Source of the DNA: a virus
IMG/VR virus record: IMGVR_UViG_3300005805_009577
Coordinates: 32,001 to 96,000 of that record
Direction: 5' to 3' (one strand)
Length of the DNA stretch: 64,000 nucleotides
Shown piece by piece: positions 26,310-36,141 of the stretch (within the stretch, counting starts at the first letter, position 1; each line of letters opens with the position of its first letter). A program made the translations under genes and the position numbers. Under the pieces are notes generated by a model. It was not told where the DNA came from. It worked only from the letters and a program-made list of their open reading frames with translations, and did not search any database.

Positions 26310-26729
26310 ATGTATAAGAAAAACAGAGCAGAGCCCAAAATTATAGTAAACAAAGTTTATGGCGATAAGTCAAATATAAAATTTTCTGTTTTGCTTGAAG
26401 GCGAAATAGATTGGAATGAATTTTTCGGAATGGAAAAAGCAGAAGACAGTTCTCTTTGTCACGAAAGATCCGAATTTCGTTATGGAGATGATTCTTTCTC
26501 TCAAAGTCTTGTTACCTTTATTTTAAGGGTTGCAAGCTATCAAGATGACTATGGCTTGTTTAAAAAGGCAACACTAACTAAACTAGAAGTTTGCAAAGAA
26601 GTTGAAGAATCATATCAAGAGTTCAGAAATCAAGTGGCTTCAAAAGAAAAAGCCAAAAAACTTGATCAATTAAAAGAAGCTGAAAAAGAAGTTGCTAGAT
26701 TAAAAAAAGAAGTTCTAAAAGAATTTTAA
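26310..26729 (+). CDS. Hypothetical protein
   Basis: GGAG RBS; ORF track. Confidence 0.75.
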   Translation: MYKKNRAEPKIIVNKVYGDKSNIKFSVLLEGEIDWNEFFGMEKAEDSSLCHERSEFRYGDDSFSQSLVTFILRVASYQDDYGLFKKATLTKLEVCKEVEESYQEFRNQVASKEKAKKLDQLKEAEKEVARLKKEVLKEF

Positions 26730-26999
26730 ATGAATAAATTAAATAGTTTTAAAAAAGATCCTTTATGGAATGTTTTAAAAATTTTACCCACCGACTATAG
26801 TTGTTACGGCGGAGAAGTTGCAAGATGGGAAGATGATAAAAAGTCTTATCCAGATTGCAGTTGTGGGTGTAGATATTTTGTTGAATTAAGCGGAAAAAGA
26901 GGTGCTGACTGGGGCGTTTGTTCTAATGAAAATAGCCCCAGGGCAGGTCTTTTAACTTGGGAACATCAAGCCGGTTTTGGTTGCTTTGTTGAAGAATAA
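26730..26999 (+). CDS. Cys-rich protein (DUF3027-like)
   Basis: CSCGC.YF..L...WGVC.N..SP..G. Confidence 0.6.
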   Translation: MNKLNSFKKDPLWNVLKILPTDYSCYGGEVARWEDDKKSYPDCSCGCRYFVELSGKRGADWGVCSNENSPRAGLLTWEHQAGFGCFVEE

Positions 27000-27000
27000 T

Positions 27001-27981
27001 ATGCCAGTTAAATATAAGAGCATTTTGCTGCGGGAAAACCAGTCTGTGGTTTTTAAGCTAGATAATAAAATTATAGAAAAGTTTGATAATTTTATTTATT
27101 TGCCAAGTGCTATGAATGCTTGCAACTTACTTCACAAGCATTTTAAAGCACAAGAAGTAGAAGACTACATAAAACAAACTTTGGGAGAAAATGCTACAAC
27201 GCTAGATTTGTTTAAAAATAAAGAGAACCAAGAAGAAGACTCCAGAGAAATTAGAAAAAAATATAAACTTCGTGCCTATAGAGGTTTTATTTCTAAATTT
27301 GGAATTAGCCCTTTAAACTTTAAAAGAGTATTTAATGCAATAATGTTAGAAATTTGGGCTGTGAAGCCGTATTTCTCTAGGTATTGTTATAATAAATATC
27401 GAATAAATGAAGATCTTTTAAAGAAAGTTCATAAAAACTTAAGTCTAATGAATAGTGCAAGAGACAAAGGTCTCGATAACATAGTTCCTTTTATTTTATA
27501 TTCTGGATTGTCCGCTAGTTCATTAAAAAAATTATTCGGAGCTAGTTTGTGGAAAAAATTAATATCTAACAGCCATCATAAAAACCACCTAATAGCCAAG
27601 AGGGTTTCTTATTCTCTTGATCTTTGCAGCAACAGTAAGGCAAAAGTAATAGGCAAAAGAAAAGAGTTGCTAACTTCATTAGAGTATTTTAATAAATTAC
27701 CATCTACTATATTAGAAGTTCCTCACTTCTTTGGTTTAAGCGATCCAGAAAAAGATACTATTTTTTCTCTATTAAATTGTTTAAAGGTTAAAGAGGTTGC
27801 AGAAGAATTAAATGATGGTCATTGGAGGGTTGGCGGTCTTTATACAACTATTTTTGAAACTATAAAACGATCAAAGGAATTAAACAAGAAATATTCTATT
27901 AATTGGACAAAAGAAGATTGGATCAAAAAATACGAAGAATACAAAGTTTTAGAATTTTACTCTACCAGCTTCAATAAATGA
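27001..27981 (+). CDS. Hypothetical protein (possibly PcfJ-associated N-terminal family)
   Basis: Start ATG 27001; weak resemblance only. Confidence 0.65.
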   Translation: MPVKYKSILLRENQSVVFKLDNKIIEKFDNFIYLPSAMNACNLLHKHFKAQEVEDYIKQTLGENATTLDLFKNKENQEEDSREIRKKYKLRAYRGFISKFGISPLNFKRVFNAIMLEIWAVKPYFSRYCYNKYRINEDLLKKVHKNLSLMNSARDKGLDNIVPFILYSGLSASSLKKLFGASLWKKLISNSHHKNHLIAKRVSYSLDLCSNSKAKVIGKRKELLTSLEYFNKLPSTILEVPHFFGLSDPEKDTIFSLLNCLKVKEVAEELNDGHWRVGGLYTTIFETIKRSKELNKKYSINWTKEDWIKKYEEYKVLEFYSTSFNK

Positions 27982-28003
27982 TTATCTGTAAAGGTGTGAT
28001 TAA

Positions 28004-28330
28004 ATGAACAACATATTAAAAGTTTTTAAGAATATGTCTGAAGAAGAAAAAAGGAAAGAAGTTGAAAAATTAGAACAAAAGTTTCCAGCTAATAGTCCTG
28101 GCTGGGAATTTAAGTTTAATAGAGCAGACGAAATAAACCTTTATATAGGTAGAATAATTAGCATTTTAGACGAATTTGGAGAAACTAACGACTGGTCGAA
28201 GTATATTTGCTATTCTGTGGATGAAACAGCAAAAAATTATGAAAAATTGGTTCTTAGGTTTGTAAAAGAGTATAAGCCTGAGTTGTTTTCTTACTACATG
28301 GAATACTATGGTATCGAGGAAAAAAATTAA
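28004..28330 (+). CDS. Hypothetical protein
   Basis: ORF track. Confidence 0.7.
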   Translation: MNNILKVFKNMSEEEKRKEVEKLEQKFPANSPGWEFKFNRADEINLYIGRIISILDEFGETNDWSKYICYSVDETAKNYEKLVLRFVKEYKPELFSYYMEYYGIEEKN

Positions 28331-28345
28331 ATTGGAGGTATTTTT

Positions 28346-28573
28346 ATGAAAGTTATCAAAGTACTGTTGGTCTCTATTTGTTTTTTTGGTATTAACACTT
28401 ATGCCGGTGGCTTTACAAACAAGCCCATTAGAAGCATATTGCAAGATATTAAAGAGCGAGGAAAGTGCAGACGTATAGCAGTTGAGGGGACTTCTGTTCG
28501 GGTTCATTTTATGAACTCCGAGGATGCAAGGATATTTGCCAATGATCTTGTTGATTTAATCAACGAAGAATAA
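28346..28573 (+). CDS. Secreted small protein
   Basis: GGAGG RBS; signal peptide MKVIKVLLVSICFFGINTYA. Confidence 0.7.
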   Translation: MKVIKVLLVSICFFGINTYAGGFTNKPIRSILQDIKERGKCRRIAVEGTSVRVHFMNSEDARIFANDLVDLINEE

Positions 28574-28601
28574 AACTAATAATTATTTTATTTTTTTATT
28601 G

Positions 28602-28621
28602 GGTACGTCGTAGTGTTGTCC
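28602..28621 (+). promoter_or_regulatory. GGTACG motif (N8-TTGTCC variant)
   Basis: Intergenic, before ATG 28623. Confidence 0.5.
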
Positions 28622-28622
28622 T

Positions 28623-29132
28623 ATGAAAGAAAAAGTTTTTATAAACAATGTTGAACATGAAATAGAAGTTCAGCCTGTTACTTTGGTTTATAATTCGACT
28701 CATTATGATACCGCTTATCAGAGAATAATGATCACACCTGAAATGACACTGAATCATTTCAAGGAAGCAAAAGATGTAAATGTTTATGAAGAGTGCTTTT
28801 TTAGACTAGTGATCACAGATTATAAAGAAAAATTTAATAAAGAAAATTTAAATAATTGCAATGTAGGAATTAAGCATATTTTTGGTTTAGTTTCTTTAAC
28901 ATTAAAATTATTTATTGAGAAAAAAAAATTTGGCTGGAGACACCCAGAAAGCTTTGTTCATCCTAAATACCAAGGAAACATAGCAGATCTTTTAATTTTA
29001 ATGAATACTCCGGATATGTTTATAAAATTTATAAATAACATTAAAAATGGAAGATTGTTAAATTGTGAAGATGTTCATGATAAATTTTTCAATGTAATTT
29101 GTTGCGAAAAATTGGAAAGTTTTGTAAAATAA
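28623..29132 (+). CDS. Hypothetical protein
   Basis: ORF track. Confidence 0.7.
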   Translation: MKEKVFINNVEHEIEVQPVTLVYNSTHYDTAYQRIMITPEMTLNHFKEAKDVNVYEECFFRLVITDYKEKFNKENLNNCNVGIKHIFGLVSLTLKLFIEKKKFGWRHPESFVHPKYQGNIADLLILMNTPDMFIKFINNIKNGRLLNCEDVHDKFFNVICCEKLESFVK

Positions 29133-29139
29133 TTCGGAC

Positions 29140-29211
29140 GGCCCCATAGTTAAATGGATATAACAACTGCCTTCTAAGCAGTTATTAGAGGTTCGATTCC
29201 TCTTGGGGCTA
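29140..29211 (+). tRNA. tRNA-Arg (anticodon TCT)
   Basis: GGCCCCA/TGGGGCT-A, ACTGC-CTTCTAA-GCAGT, GGTTCGATTCC; no CCA. Confidence 0.93.
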
Positions 29212-29222
29212 TTAAAAATATC

Positions 29223-29558
29223 ATGGAAGAAATTAACAAAAGAAGAGTAGAAGTAAATAAGTTTGCACTTCTATTATTAGACCACATACAGAATCATAAA
29301 TTTTATAATAAAATAAATCACATTTATCCAAACATAGACGTATCTATTAAGTCTAGCATAAAAGAAGATGATTACAAAATAAAACATCATCTTCATGCCA
29401 AATTTGCAGAAAAAATGAATGAAATTAATTATGAAACTCTTTGTGAAATAGCTTGTGATGTAAAAAAAATTACTGGCGAAGATTTGCCCAGAGATATTCA
29501 CAATAGAATAATTTTTGGTAAGATGAATGAGGCCACGAGAGATTACATTAAAATTTAA
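29223..29558 (+). CDS. Hypothetical protein with LP..IHN.I C-cap of the repeat family
   Basis: DLPRDIHNRIIFG...RDYIK. Confidence 0.65.
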   Translation: MEEINKRRVEVNKFALLLLDHIQNHKFYNKINHIYPNIDVSIKSSIKEDDYKIKHHLHAKFAEKMNEINYETLCEIACDVKKITGEDLPRDIHNRIIFGKMNEATRDYIKI

Positions 29559-29562
29559 AAAA

Positions 29563-29748
29563 ATGTCTATTTGTCCCACAACTGGTAAAAACCAATATAA
29601 AAATGAACAGGATGCACAATCCGGACTAACTAAATATAAAGAGCGTATGCCTTCTTATGAAGGCGAGGCTTATTATTGTCTTTATTGTGGAAGTTATCAT
29701 TTTGGAAGATCTAAAGAAAATCAAAAAAATAAATTAAAGAAAAATTAA
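29563..29748 (+). CDS. Small zinc-finger protein
   Basis: CPTTGK..Y..E..A, YYCLYCGSYH. Confidence 0.7.
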   Translation: MSICPTTGKNQYKNEQDAQSGLTKYKERMPSYEGEAYYCLYCGSYHFGRSKENQKNKLKKN

Positions 29749-29776
29749 ATACACTTTTGGCAAGGCAAGTATAAGA

Positions 29777-30163
29777 ATGATTAAACAAATAATTGTTATG
29801 AGGCGTAATTATCCTGATGGCAAGGGCGGATTTAAAAATTTAAGAACTGGCAAACTGATCGCCCAGGGAAGTCATGCAAGCATGGCTTTTATAACTAAAA
29901 GAATTGCTAAAAAAGAAGACTTAACCCCAGTTCAAAAAGAGTGGCTAGATAATAGTTTTGTTAAAATTTGCGTTTATGTGGAAAGCGAAGAAGAACTTTT
30001 AGAAATCCACAAAAAAGCACAAGAAATGAATGTAGAGTCACATCTAGTTACCGACAAAGGCTTAACCGAATTTAATGGAGTTCCCACAAATACATGTATT
30101 GCCCTAGGTCCAGAAAAATCAGAAATTTTAGATACCATTACTGGCAATCTTAAACTGCTTTAA
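29777..30163 (+). CDS. pth2: Peptidyl-tRNA hydrolase 2
   Basis: KQIIVMR, GKLIAQ.SHA, W...KI, D.GLTE...T.TC.A.GP...LD.ITG.LKLL. Confidence 0.9.
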   Translation: MIKQIIVMRRNYPDGKGGFKNLRTGKLIAQGSHASMAFITKRIAKKEDLTPVQKEWLDNSFVKICVYVESEEELLEIHKKAQEMNVESHLVTDKGLTEFNGVPTNTCIALGPEKSEILDTITGNLKLL

Positions 30164-30170
30164 AAAATTT

Positions 30171-30593
30171 ATGAAAGAAGAACTTCAAAAAGAACTTTAC
30201 AGTAGTTATCCTGTCTTGTTTTCTAATAAAGACAAGTCTGTACAAGAAAGTTGCATGGCTTGGGGAATAGAAACCGGTGCGGGATGGTTTGATATTTTAA
30301 AAAGCCTTTGTTATGAAATAAAGCAATATGAAGAGCATTTAGTCAATGAATCCTCACAGAGATATAAAAAAGATTATGTTCCTGTAAAGTTTGACCAAAT
30401 TAAAGAAAAATTTGGTGGACTGAGAATCTACTATTCAGGCGGCGATGATTTTATTGATGGATTAATTTCTATGGCGGAAGCAATTAGTTATAAAACCTGC
30501 GAGTCTTGTGGCAACAAAGGAAAGCCAAATGAAAGCGGTTGGATTGTAACTCTTTGCGAAGATTGCAGGAATAAAAATGAAAGTAGAATTTAA
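30171..30593 (+). CDS. Conserved phage protein (QIKEKFGGLR, C-terminal Zn finger)
   Basis: GW..I, QIKEKFGGLRIY, CE.CG..G, TLC..C. Confidence 0.75.
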   Translation: MKEELQKELYSSYPVLFSNKDKSVQESCMAWGIETGAGWFDILKSLCYEIKQYEEHLVNESSQRYKKDYVPVKFDQIKEKFGGLRIYYSGGDDFIDGLISMAEAISYKTCESCGNKGKPNESGWIVTLCEDCRNKNESRI

Positions 30594-31221
30594 CTTAAAA
30601 GATTTCGAAAACGATAAGCATTGGCTTCTTAGAACTCTTAGTGTTTTAAAAAGAAAAAATAAATTTAAAAGAACTAAAGAGTCTGATGAATTTTTTGTAA
30701 AGTCGCCTGCACTAGCATTTAAATATGTAGAAAGTCTAGTTAGCGAATATAAGGGCTATGACATCAGAAGTGATAAAACGATATATAAGAACACTAGGAT
30801 TAATAGACTTTCGCCAGAACTAGAAAAAGTTTTTTCTAGAAGTCCTAAATATGCTTTAAAATATCTCATTATTACAAATCAAAAAAGATTTAAAGACAAT
30901 AATTTGAATGAAAAGTTTACTAATAAACTCTACAGTCAGCCTTTTTTATCTTTTGTTTACTCTTCAAGAATTCTAGGCGGGAGAATTCCGTTTGATAAAG
31001 AAGAAGTCTTTCTTAAAGATTATAATGCTCTTTATCAATATGCCAAACAAATTATAAAAGGAAGATTCGAAGAAAAACTACATAATAAAATAAAAATGTT
31101 AGCTTTTTCAGAAGAAAATAAAAAGCGACCTGATTATAAATATTTAGAAAATTATATAAATTATATAGATGAGCCACAAGTATCAAGAAATGTAAGTACT
31201 TACTATGGAAAATATTTTTAA
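30577..31221 (+). CDS. Helical-repeat protein (YA..I.KGR family)
   Basis: FVYSSRILGGRI, YQYAKQIIKGRFEEKLHNKIKM. Confidence 0.75.
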   Translation: MKVEFNLKDFENDKHWLLRTLSVLKRKNKFKRTKESDEFFVKSPALAFKYVESLVSEYKGYDIRSDKTIYKNTRINRLSPELEKVFSRSPKYALKYLIITNQKRFKDNNLNEKFTNKLYSQPFLSFVYSSRILGGRIPFDKEEVFLKDYNALYQYAKQIIKGRFEEKLHNKIKMLAFSEENKKRPDYKYLENYINYIDEPQVSRNVSTYYGKYF

Positions 31222-31479
31222 ATGACTTGGGTTTTTGAATATATATATTCAGCTTTATTTGTAAAGTCTTTTACTAAGTTTACATACATGGTCACAGAAA
31301 GATATTTTGGCGATATTAATAATTTTAATTATGGTAAAACTGTTATGGATTGTCTTAAAGATTGTAATCTTAAAAAATATAAAGAAATATCAGGCGGAGA
31401 GTATGACTGTAGTATTGGAGAAAAAGAAGAAAGAAATATACATAAAACTTTGCTATACTTAAAAAATAATTGGAGATGA
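31222..31479 (+). CDS. Hypothetical protein
   Basis: ORF track. Confidence 0.65.
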   Translation: MTWVFEYIYSALFVKSFTKFTYMVTERYFGDINNFNYGKTVMDCLKDCNLKKYKEISGGEYDCSIGEKEERNIHKTLLYLKNNWR

Positions 31480-31483
31480 AAAT

Positions 31484-31735
31484 ATGAAAATTTTAAAACC
31501 AAAATTAGTTGATCAATTAGAAAATATAATTTGCGATGTTTGTGGAAACTTTTGCAAAAAAGAGTATAACATTGAATATGCTAAAATTATTGCAAATTGG
31601 GGATTTGAGACTAAAAAAGACGGACAGGTCTATGAAATAGATTTATGTGAAAATTGTTTTGATAAAACTTTGGAATTCATTAATTCTATTTCTAACAAAA
31701 AAATAGAAGCTAAAAACGATGAACTCACTTCTTAA
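31484..31735 (+). CDS. Small zinc-ribbon protein
   Basis: ICDVCG and DLCENCF. Confidence 0.7.
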   Translation: MKILKPKLVDQLENIICDVCGNFCKKEYNIEYAKIIANWGFETKKDGQVYEIDLCENCFDKTLEFINSISNKKIEAKNDELTS

Positions 31736-31916
31736 AGGTTTTATGAGTCTGTTTAGTTGGATGGATTGCTATCATTCTCTTTCGCCAAAAGAAAGAGTTG
31801 ATGAAATTCTAGATGACTTTTACTCAGATCATCCTTGGATAGAAAGAAACGACCAAAAAGCTTTAGAAAATGACTTTAAGACTCTTGCACAAGAGCATAA
31901 AAACTATGAAACCTGA
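31719..31916 (+). CDS. Hypothetical protein
   Basis: ORF track. Confidence 0.65.
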   Translation: MNSLLKGFMSLFSWMDCYHSLSPKERVDEILDDFYSDHPWIERNDQKALENDFKTLAQEHKNYET

Positions 31917-32181
31917 ATTTAAGATAGGCTCTGTATTAGTTTTTGAACCTAAAAATTTAAATCAAGAATATTGGGTTAAGCTTTCGCAAGAAGACAAAAT
32001 TAAATATTATGCAAAGTATGGTTATGGTCAAAAAAAGATCAAATACTTTGTTTTTATGTGCCCTGTAATTGATAGCAATGGAGACACAGGCCATTGTATT
32101 TTATGGGACATGCAAGAACAGAAAATGATACAAATGGCACACACATATGAATTTAGACTCGTTACAGAAGAAGAGTTTTAA
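31906..32181 (+). CDS. Hypothetical protein
   Basis: Start moved to ATG 31906. Confidence 0.7.
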   Translation: MKPEFKIGSVLVFEPKNLNQEYWVKLSQEDKIKYYAKYGYGQKKIKYFVFMCPVIDSNGDTGHCILWDMQEQKMIQMAHTYEFRLVTEEEF

Positions 32182-32546
32182 TGTACCCGAGAATAACACC
32201 GATACCAACTCAACTACCAGTGAGAGAAACATACTTTATAAAGCCTTGTTCTAAAGATCCAAGATTAGATTGCTTTTTAACCCCATATAAGCTTGTAAAT
32301 ACTTGTAGGTCTTATCCTGAGCAATACTTGATATACAAGGACGATAATCTTGTTGGTGCTGGAATAGTTGTAAATAATGAATTTTTAATAGAATCGACAG
32401 GCGAATTAAAAAAAATACTTTATAAATCTTTTTTAAATAACGCTAAAACGAACTATGATTCATTTGTAGATGATGAACAAAGATTAACTCAATTGAAAAA
32501 TGCTGTAAATTCATTAGACGATTATTATCTTTCTAAATCAGTTTGA
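32181..32546 (+). CDS. Hypothetical protein
   Basis: TAATG coupling. Confidence 0.7.
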   Translation: MYPRITPIPTQLPVRETYFIKPCSKDPRLDCFLTPYKLVNTCRSYPEQYLIYKDDNLVGAGIVVNNEFLIESTGELKKILYKSFLNNAKTNYDSFVDDEQRLTQLKNAVNSLDDYYLSKSV

Positions 32547-32576
32547 TAAAATTTTAAAAAGCTTTATACTGCTTGT

Positions 32577-34025
32577 ATGAAGCTTTACAAAAAATTTAAA
32601 AAACACACCGAAAAACTTTTTCACATTGAGTCCATCTCTAGTCTTTTAGGATGGGATCAAGAAATCTGCATGAGTCCCGATGCTATTGATTATCGGGCAA
32701 GTCAAATCTCTAATTTGACTTCGATGCATCATGATTTGTTCTTAAGCAAAGAATTTAAAAAAACTTTAAATTATTTATACCGCAATAAAACCTTAAGTTT
32801 AAAAAAAAGGAGAAATGTAGCATATTTTTATAAAAGCTATTTAGAGGCCACAAAACTTCCTAAAAAGTTTGTAGAAGAAACAAGTGAAATACAAACAAAA
32901 GCATATGATGCTTGGCTTGTCGCCAAAAAAGAAAGTGATTTTTCTTTATTTAAAGTACATCTTTCTAAATTAATAGAAAATACAAAAGAACATTTATCTT
33001 TTGTTAATCAAAAAGGTTATAACTCTATACTTAAAAGTTTTGACAAAGGATTAAATACAAATTATTTAGATAAATTATTTAGTAGGGTTAAAGACAGTTT
33101 AATTCCAATAATAAAAGAAAAAGAAGAATTATCAAAAAATATAAAATCTATATCTGGGGATTTCCCCAAAGAAAAACAAAAAGAATATTGTTTAAAAATA
33201 CTTGAAAAAATAGGCTATGATTTAAGAAGAGGAAGATTGGACGAGTCTGAACACCCTTTTTCTTTGTTGGTATCGCCCTGTGATTCAAGAATAACAGTTA
33301 ATTATCAACAAGAAAATTTGGTTTCAATATGGTCTGCTTTGCATGAGGGCGGACACGGAATATATGAACAAAATCTTAATTATAAAGATTATTCTCTGCC
33401 CTCTGGTCAAGCATTAAACTACAGCATTCATGAATCCCAAAGCAGATTTTATGAAATTCTTATAGGCAAAAATATTAATTTTTGGAAAAATGAATATAAA
33501 AGTTTTTCTAAATTTTTTGGCTTAGATTTAAGTTTAGAAGAATTTGTAAAAACTTTAAACAAGGTTGAACGCACAACCGTAAGGTTAGAAGCAGATGATG
33601 TTTCTTATCACATGCATATAATTATTAGATATGAAATAGAAAAGATGATTTTTGATGAAAATGTTCCAACTTCTGATCTTCAAGAAATTTGGAACGAAAA
33701 ATATAAAGCTTATCTTGGAAAAGAACCAGAAAATGATGCAAGATCTATTTTACAAGATTGCCATTGGGCTATGGGTGGCGGATTTGGATATTTTCCGACC
33801 TACAGTCTGGGAACATTTTATGCTCATCAATTTTTTGAAAAATTAAACAAAGAACACCCTGACTTACTTTTAAATATTAATATTGAAAACTTAAGAGAAA
33901 TTAAAAAATGGCTTAATAAAAAAGTGCACAAACTTGGAGGCCATTTAACAGCGGATGAAGTCTGTAAAAAAGTTACTGGTGAAAAATTAAACCCTGATTA
34001 TTTTTTGAATTATTATGGAAAATAA
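32577..34025 (+). CDS. M32 carboxypeptidase (carboxypeptidase Taq family)
   Basis: L.WDQ, GRLD.S.HPF, HEGGH (HEXXH), HESQSRFYE, YH.HIIIRYEIE, QD.HW..G.FGYFPTY.LG. Confidence 0.93.
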   Translation: MKLYKKFKKHTEKLFHIESISSLLGWDQEICMSPDAIDYRASQISNLTSMHHDLFLSKEFKKTLNYLYRNKTLSLKKRRNVAYFYKSYLEATKLPKKFVEETSEIQTKAYDAWLVAKKESDFSLFKVHLSKLIENTKEHLSFVNQKGYNSILKSFDKGLNTNYLDKLFSRVKDSLIPIIKEKEELSKNIKSISGDFPKEKQKEYCLKILEKIGYDLRRGRLDESEHPFSLLVSPCDSRITVNYQQENLVSIWSALHEGGHGIYEQNLNYKDYSLPSGQALNYSIHESQSRFYEILIGKNINFWKNEYKSFSKFFGLDLSLEEFVKTLNKVERTTVRLEADDVSYHMHIIIRYEIEKMIFDENVPTSDLQEIWNEKYKAYLGKEPENDARSILQDCHWAMGGGFGYFPTYSLGTFYAHQFFEKLNKEHPDLLLNINIENLREIKKWLNKKVHKLGGHLTADEVCKKVTGEKLNPDYFLNYYGK

Positions 34026-34383
34026 AAATTGTTTAAAAATAGTTTTTTTTGTTTCTATTTTTTTAAACTTATTTTTTTTGCTAATTATTTTATTTGCTTC
34101 AATTAAAAAAATAGAAAAAAAGGAATCAACTATGGATTTATCTCCTAAAAAACTATATAAAAAAATGATTGTTGCATATAAAAATCCATTCGGAACACAA
34201 TACGATCCTAGGTATTTATTAAAACTCGGCTCAGACCAAATTTTTAAATATAATCCAAAAAATAAACTAGCAATAGACATGCAAAATGCATGGAACAAAC
34301 CTTTTTCAAAAAAATATAACCATAGGGATTTGCTCAAATTGGGTGCAGAATACATAAAAGGAAGAATAGATGAAAAACTCTAA
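34015..34383 (+). CDS. Membrane-anchored hypothetical protein
   Basis: N-terminal TM helix; internal duplicated KKY..R.LLKLG.E. Confidence 0.65.
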   Translation: MENKNCLKIVFFVSIFLNLFFLLIILFASIKKIEKKESTMDLSPKKLYKKMIVAYKNPFGTQYDPRYLLKLGSDQIFKYNPKNKLAIDMQNAWNKPFSKKYNHRDLLKLGAEYIKGRIDEKL

Positions 34384-34723
34384 GACTTGGTTTATAGATT
34401 TTGATGGCACTTTAGTTTTACAAAAAAGTCATATGTCGGAAGATGATCATATTCTCCCTGGCACTGAGGACTTTTTCAACAAAATGGTTAAAGAAGATGA
34501 CCATGTAATAATAACTACCGCAAGAAAAAAAGAAGAACATGAAGAAAGAATAATCAGATTTTTAAAAAAATATAATATAAAATACAATAAAATAATTTGC
34601 GATCTTCCTTCTGGCAAGCGTGTATTAATAAATGATAAAAAACCAGATGGAACTTTGACTGCTTATTCTTATAATTTAGAAAGAGACAAAGGAATAGTTG
34701 TAGAAGAAATTGAAGGAATTTAA
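34370..34723 (+). CDS. HAD-family phosphatase
   Basis: FIDFDGTL, IITTAR, LIND.KP. Confidence 0.8.
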   Translation: MKNSKTWFIDFDGTLVLQKSHMSEDDHILPGTEDFFNKMVKEDDHVIITTARKKEEHEERIIRFLKKYNIKYNKIICDLPSGKRVLINDKKPDGTLTAYSYNLERDKGIVVEEIEGI

Positions 34724-34725
34724 AA

Positions 34726-34977
34726 ATGACCTTGCCTGACGAAAGATACAGGGCAGTTGAAAGAACTAAAAGTTTTTTAATTGATTTGTTAGATCCAAAA
34801 AAAACTCCTAAAGTTCCTAAAAACATAAGACTAGCAGCTTCTAGTTTGCTGAAACATTATCCTAGTAGTTATGAAATGGAAATCGTTGCCGATACCTGCC
34901 CTAACATTTTTTCCAAAGATTCAATTTGGTATTTAAATAAGTTTAAAAAAGATGATCAAAATGAAAACGACTTTTAA
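34726..34977 (+). CDS. BPSL0761-like protein
   Basis: MTLPDERYRAV...FL..LL.P..TP.VP..IR..A..LL.HYP. Confidence 0.7.
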   Translation: MTLPDERYRAVERTKSFLIDLLDPKKTPKVPKNIRLAASSLLKHYPSSYEMEIVADTCPNIFSKDSIWYLNKFKKDDQNENDF

Positions 34978-35416
34978 AAATAAAGCTTTGAGTCAATTTA
35001 AAGATTTGCCATCAAATTTCTTAGAATGGCTCCTCCAACCCGCAATAAATATTGGCTGGCATAAATATTCTTTGGAAGATGCTAAAAAAATTTATAAAGA
35101 AAATAGCGAAAAAGATTTAGGTTTTATTTATAGAAAATATCATCCTATGTCTGCCTCATTAGATAATAGCTGGTATGATGAATATGATGTTATTAATAGA
35201 ATAGAATTGAATATTTCTTCTATAGGCGAGCCAAATATTTTTTTTGGTTCTATTATTAATTATAAAACATTATTAGGCAACTTAATAATAGACAATAACA
35301 TTTCTCCTGTTAAAAATAGTTATAATGTTGTTGGTCCTTTGAGAAATTTTTATCAATTTGGTCAAATTTATTGCTTTAAAGAAAGTAAAATTAAAAACCC
35401 AATAGATATTTTTTAA
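34952..35416 (+). CDS. Hypothetical protein
   Basis: ORF track. Confidence 0.65.
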   Translation: MIKMKTTFKNKALSQFKDLPSNFLEWLLQPAINIGWHKYSLEDAKKIYKENSEKDLGFIYRKYHPMSASLDNSWYDEYDVINRIELNISSIGEPNIFFGSIINYKTLLGNLIIDNNISPVKNSYNVVGPLRNFYQFGQIYCFKESKIKNPIDIF

Positions 35417-35450
35417 AAATTTTTTATTTGAATTATTAAATTTTTTAGTT

Positions 35451-35696
35451 ATGATTCTAATTATGAAAACTTTCTGGAATTATCGAGTCATGAGAATCCA
35501 ACATCATGATAAAAATGATGAATATGGAGTTTTTGAGGTTTATTACAATAAAGATGGAAGTGTAGATGGTTGGACCGAAGACGCGGTTAGAATATACACA
35601 GATAACATAGAAGAGATTGAAGAAACTTTATTAAAAATGCAAGAATCTTTAAAAAAACCAATTTTAGATTATCAGACAGGTAAAGAAGTCAAATGA
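35451..35696 (+). CDS. Conserved phage protein
   Basis: WNYRV, YGVFEVYY..DG...GWTE. Confidence 0.75.
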   Translation: MILIMKTFWNYRVMRIQHHDKNDEYGVFEVYYNKDGSVDGWTEDAVRIYTDNIEEIEETLLKMQESLKKPILDYQTGKEVK

Positions 35697-36133
35697 AAGT
35701 TCTTTTTTTGGACATAGATGGGGTTTTAAATACAAATAAAGATTTATATGAACATGGACCAACATATATAAATCCTTACTTGATTCATTTTTTAAAATTT
35801 ATAGTTCTTTCTACAAACGCTTCTATAGTATTGAGTTCTAGTTGGCGTTTGTTTGATGAGGCGAAAAAAATAGTAGAAGAAAATTTGTATATAAAAAAAC
35901 TTCATTTATTAGACACCACCCCTCATATGATTAAAAAGTTATCGATGTGGACACCTAGATCGGAAGAAATTGGAGTTTGGCTTACCAAGCACCCACAAGT
36001 TAAAAAATTTGCTATACTGGACGATGATTTAGATGCGGGAGAAGGCTTTTTGGAAAGTTTTTTTCAAACAGATCCTGAAGTTGGACTAACTATTGATCTG
36101 GCCGAAGAAGTTGTTAATCACTTGAACAGATAG
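35693..36133 (+). CDS. HAD domain protein (Swiss-army-knife RNA-repair-like HAD)
   Basis: FLDIDGVLN, IVLSSSWR, R..EI..WL, AILDDD, TDP..GLT. Confidence 0.85.
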   Translation: MKVLFLDIDGVLNTNKDLYEHGPTYINPYLIHFLKFIVLSTNASIVLSSSWRLFDEAKKIVEENLYIKKLHLLDTTPHMIKKLSMWTPRSEEIGVWLTKHPQVKKFAILDDDLDAGEGFLESFFQTDPEVGLTIDLAEEVVNHLNR

Positions 36134-36141
36134 AAAGAAAC

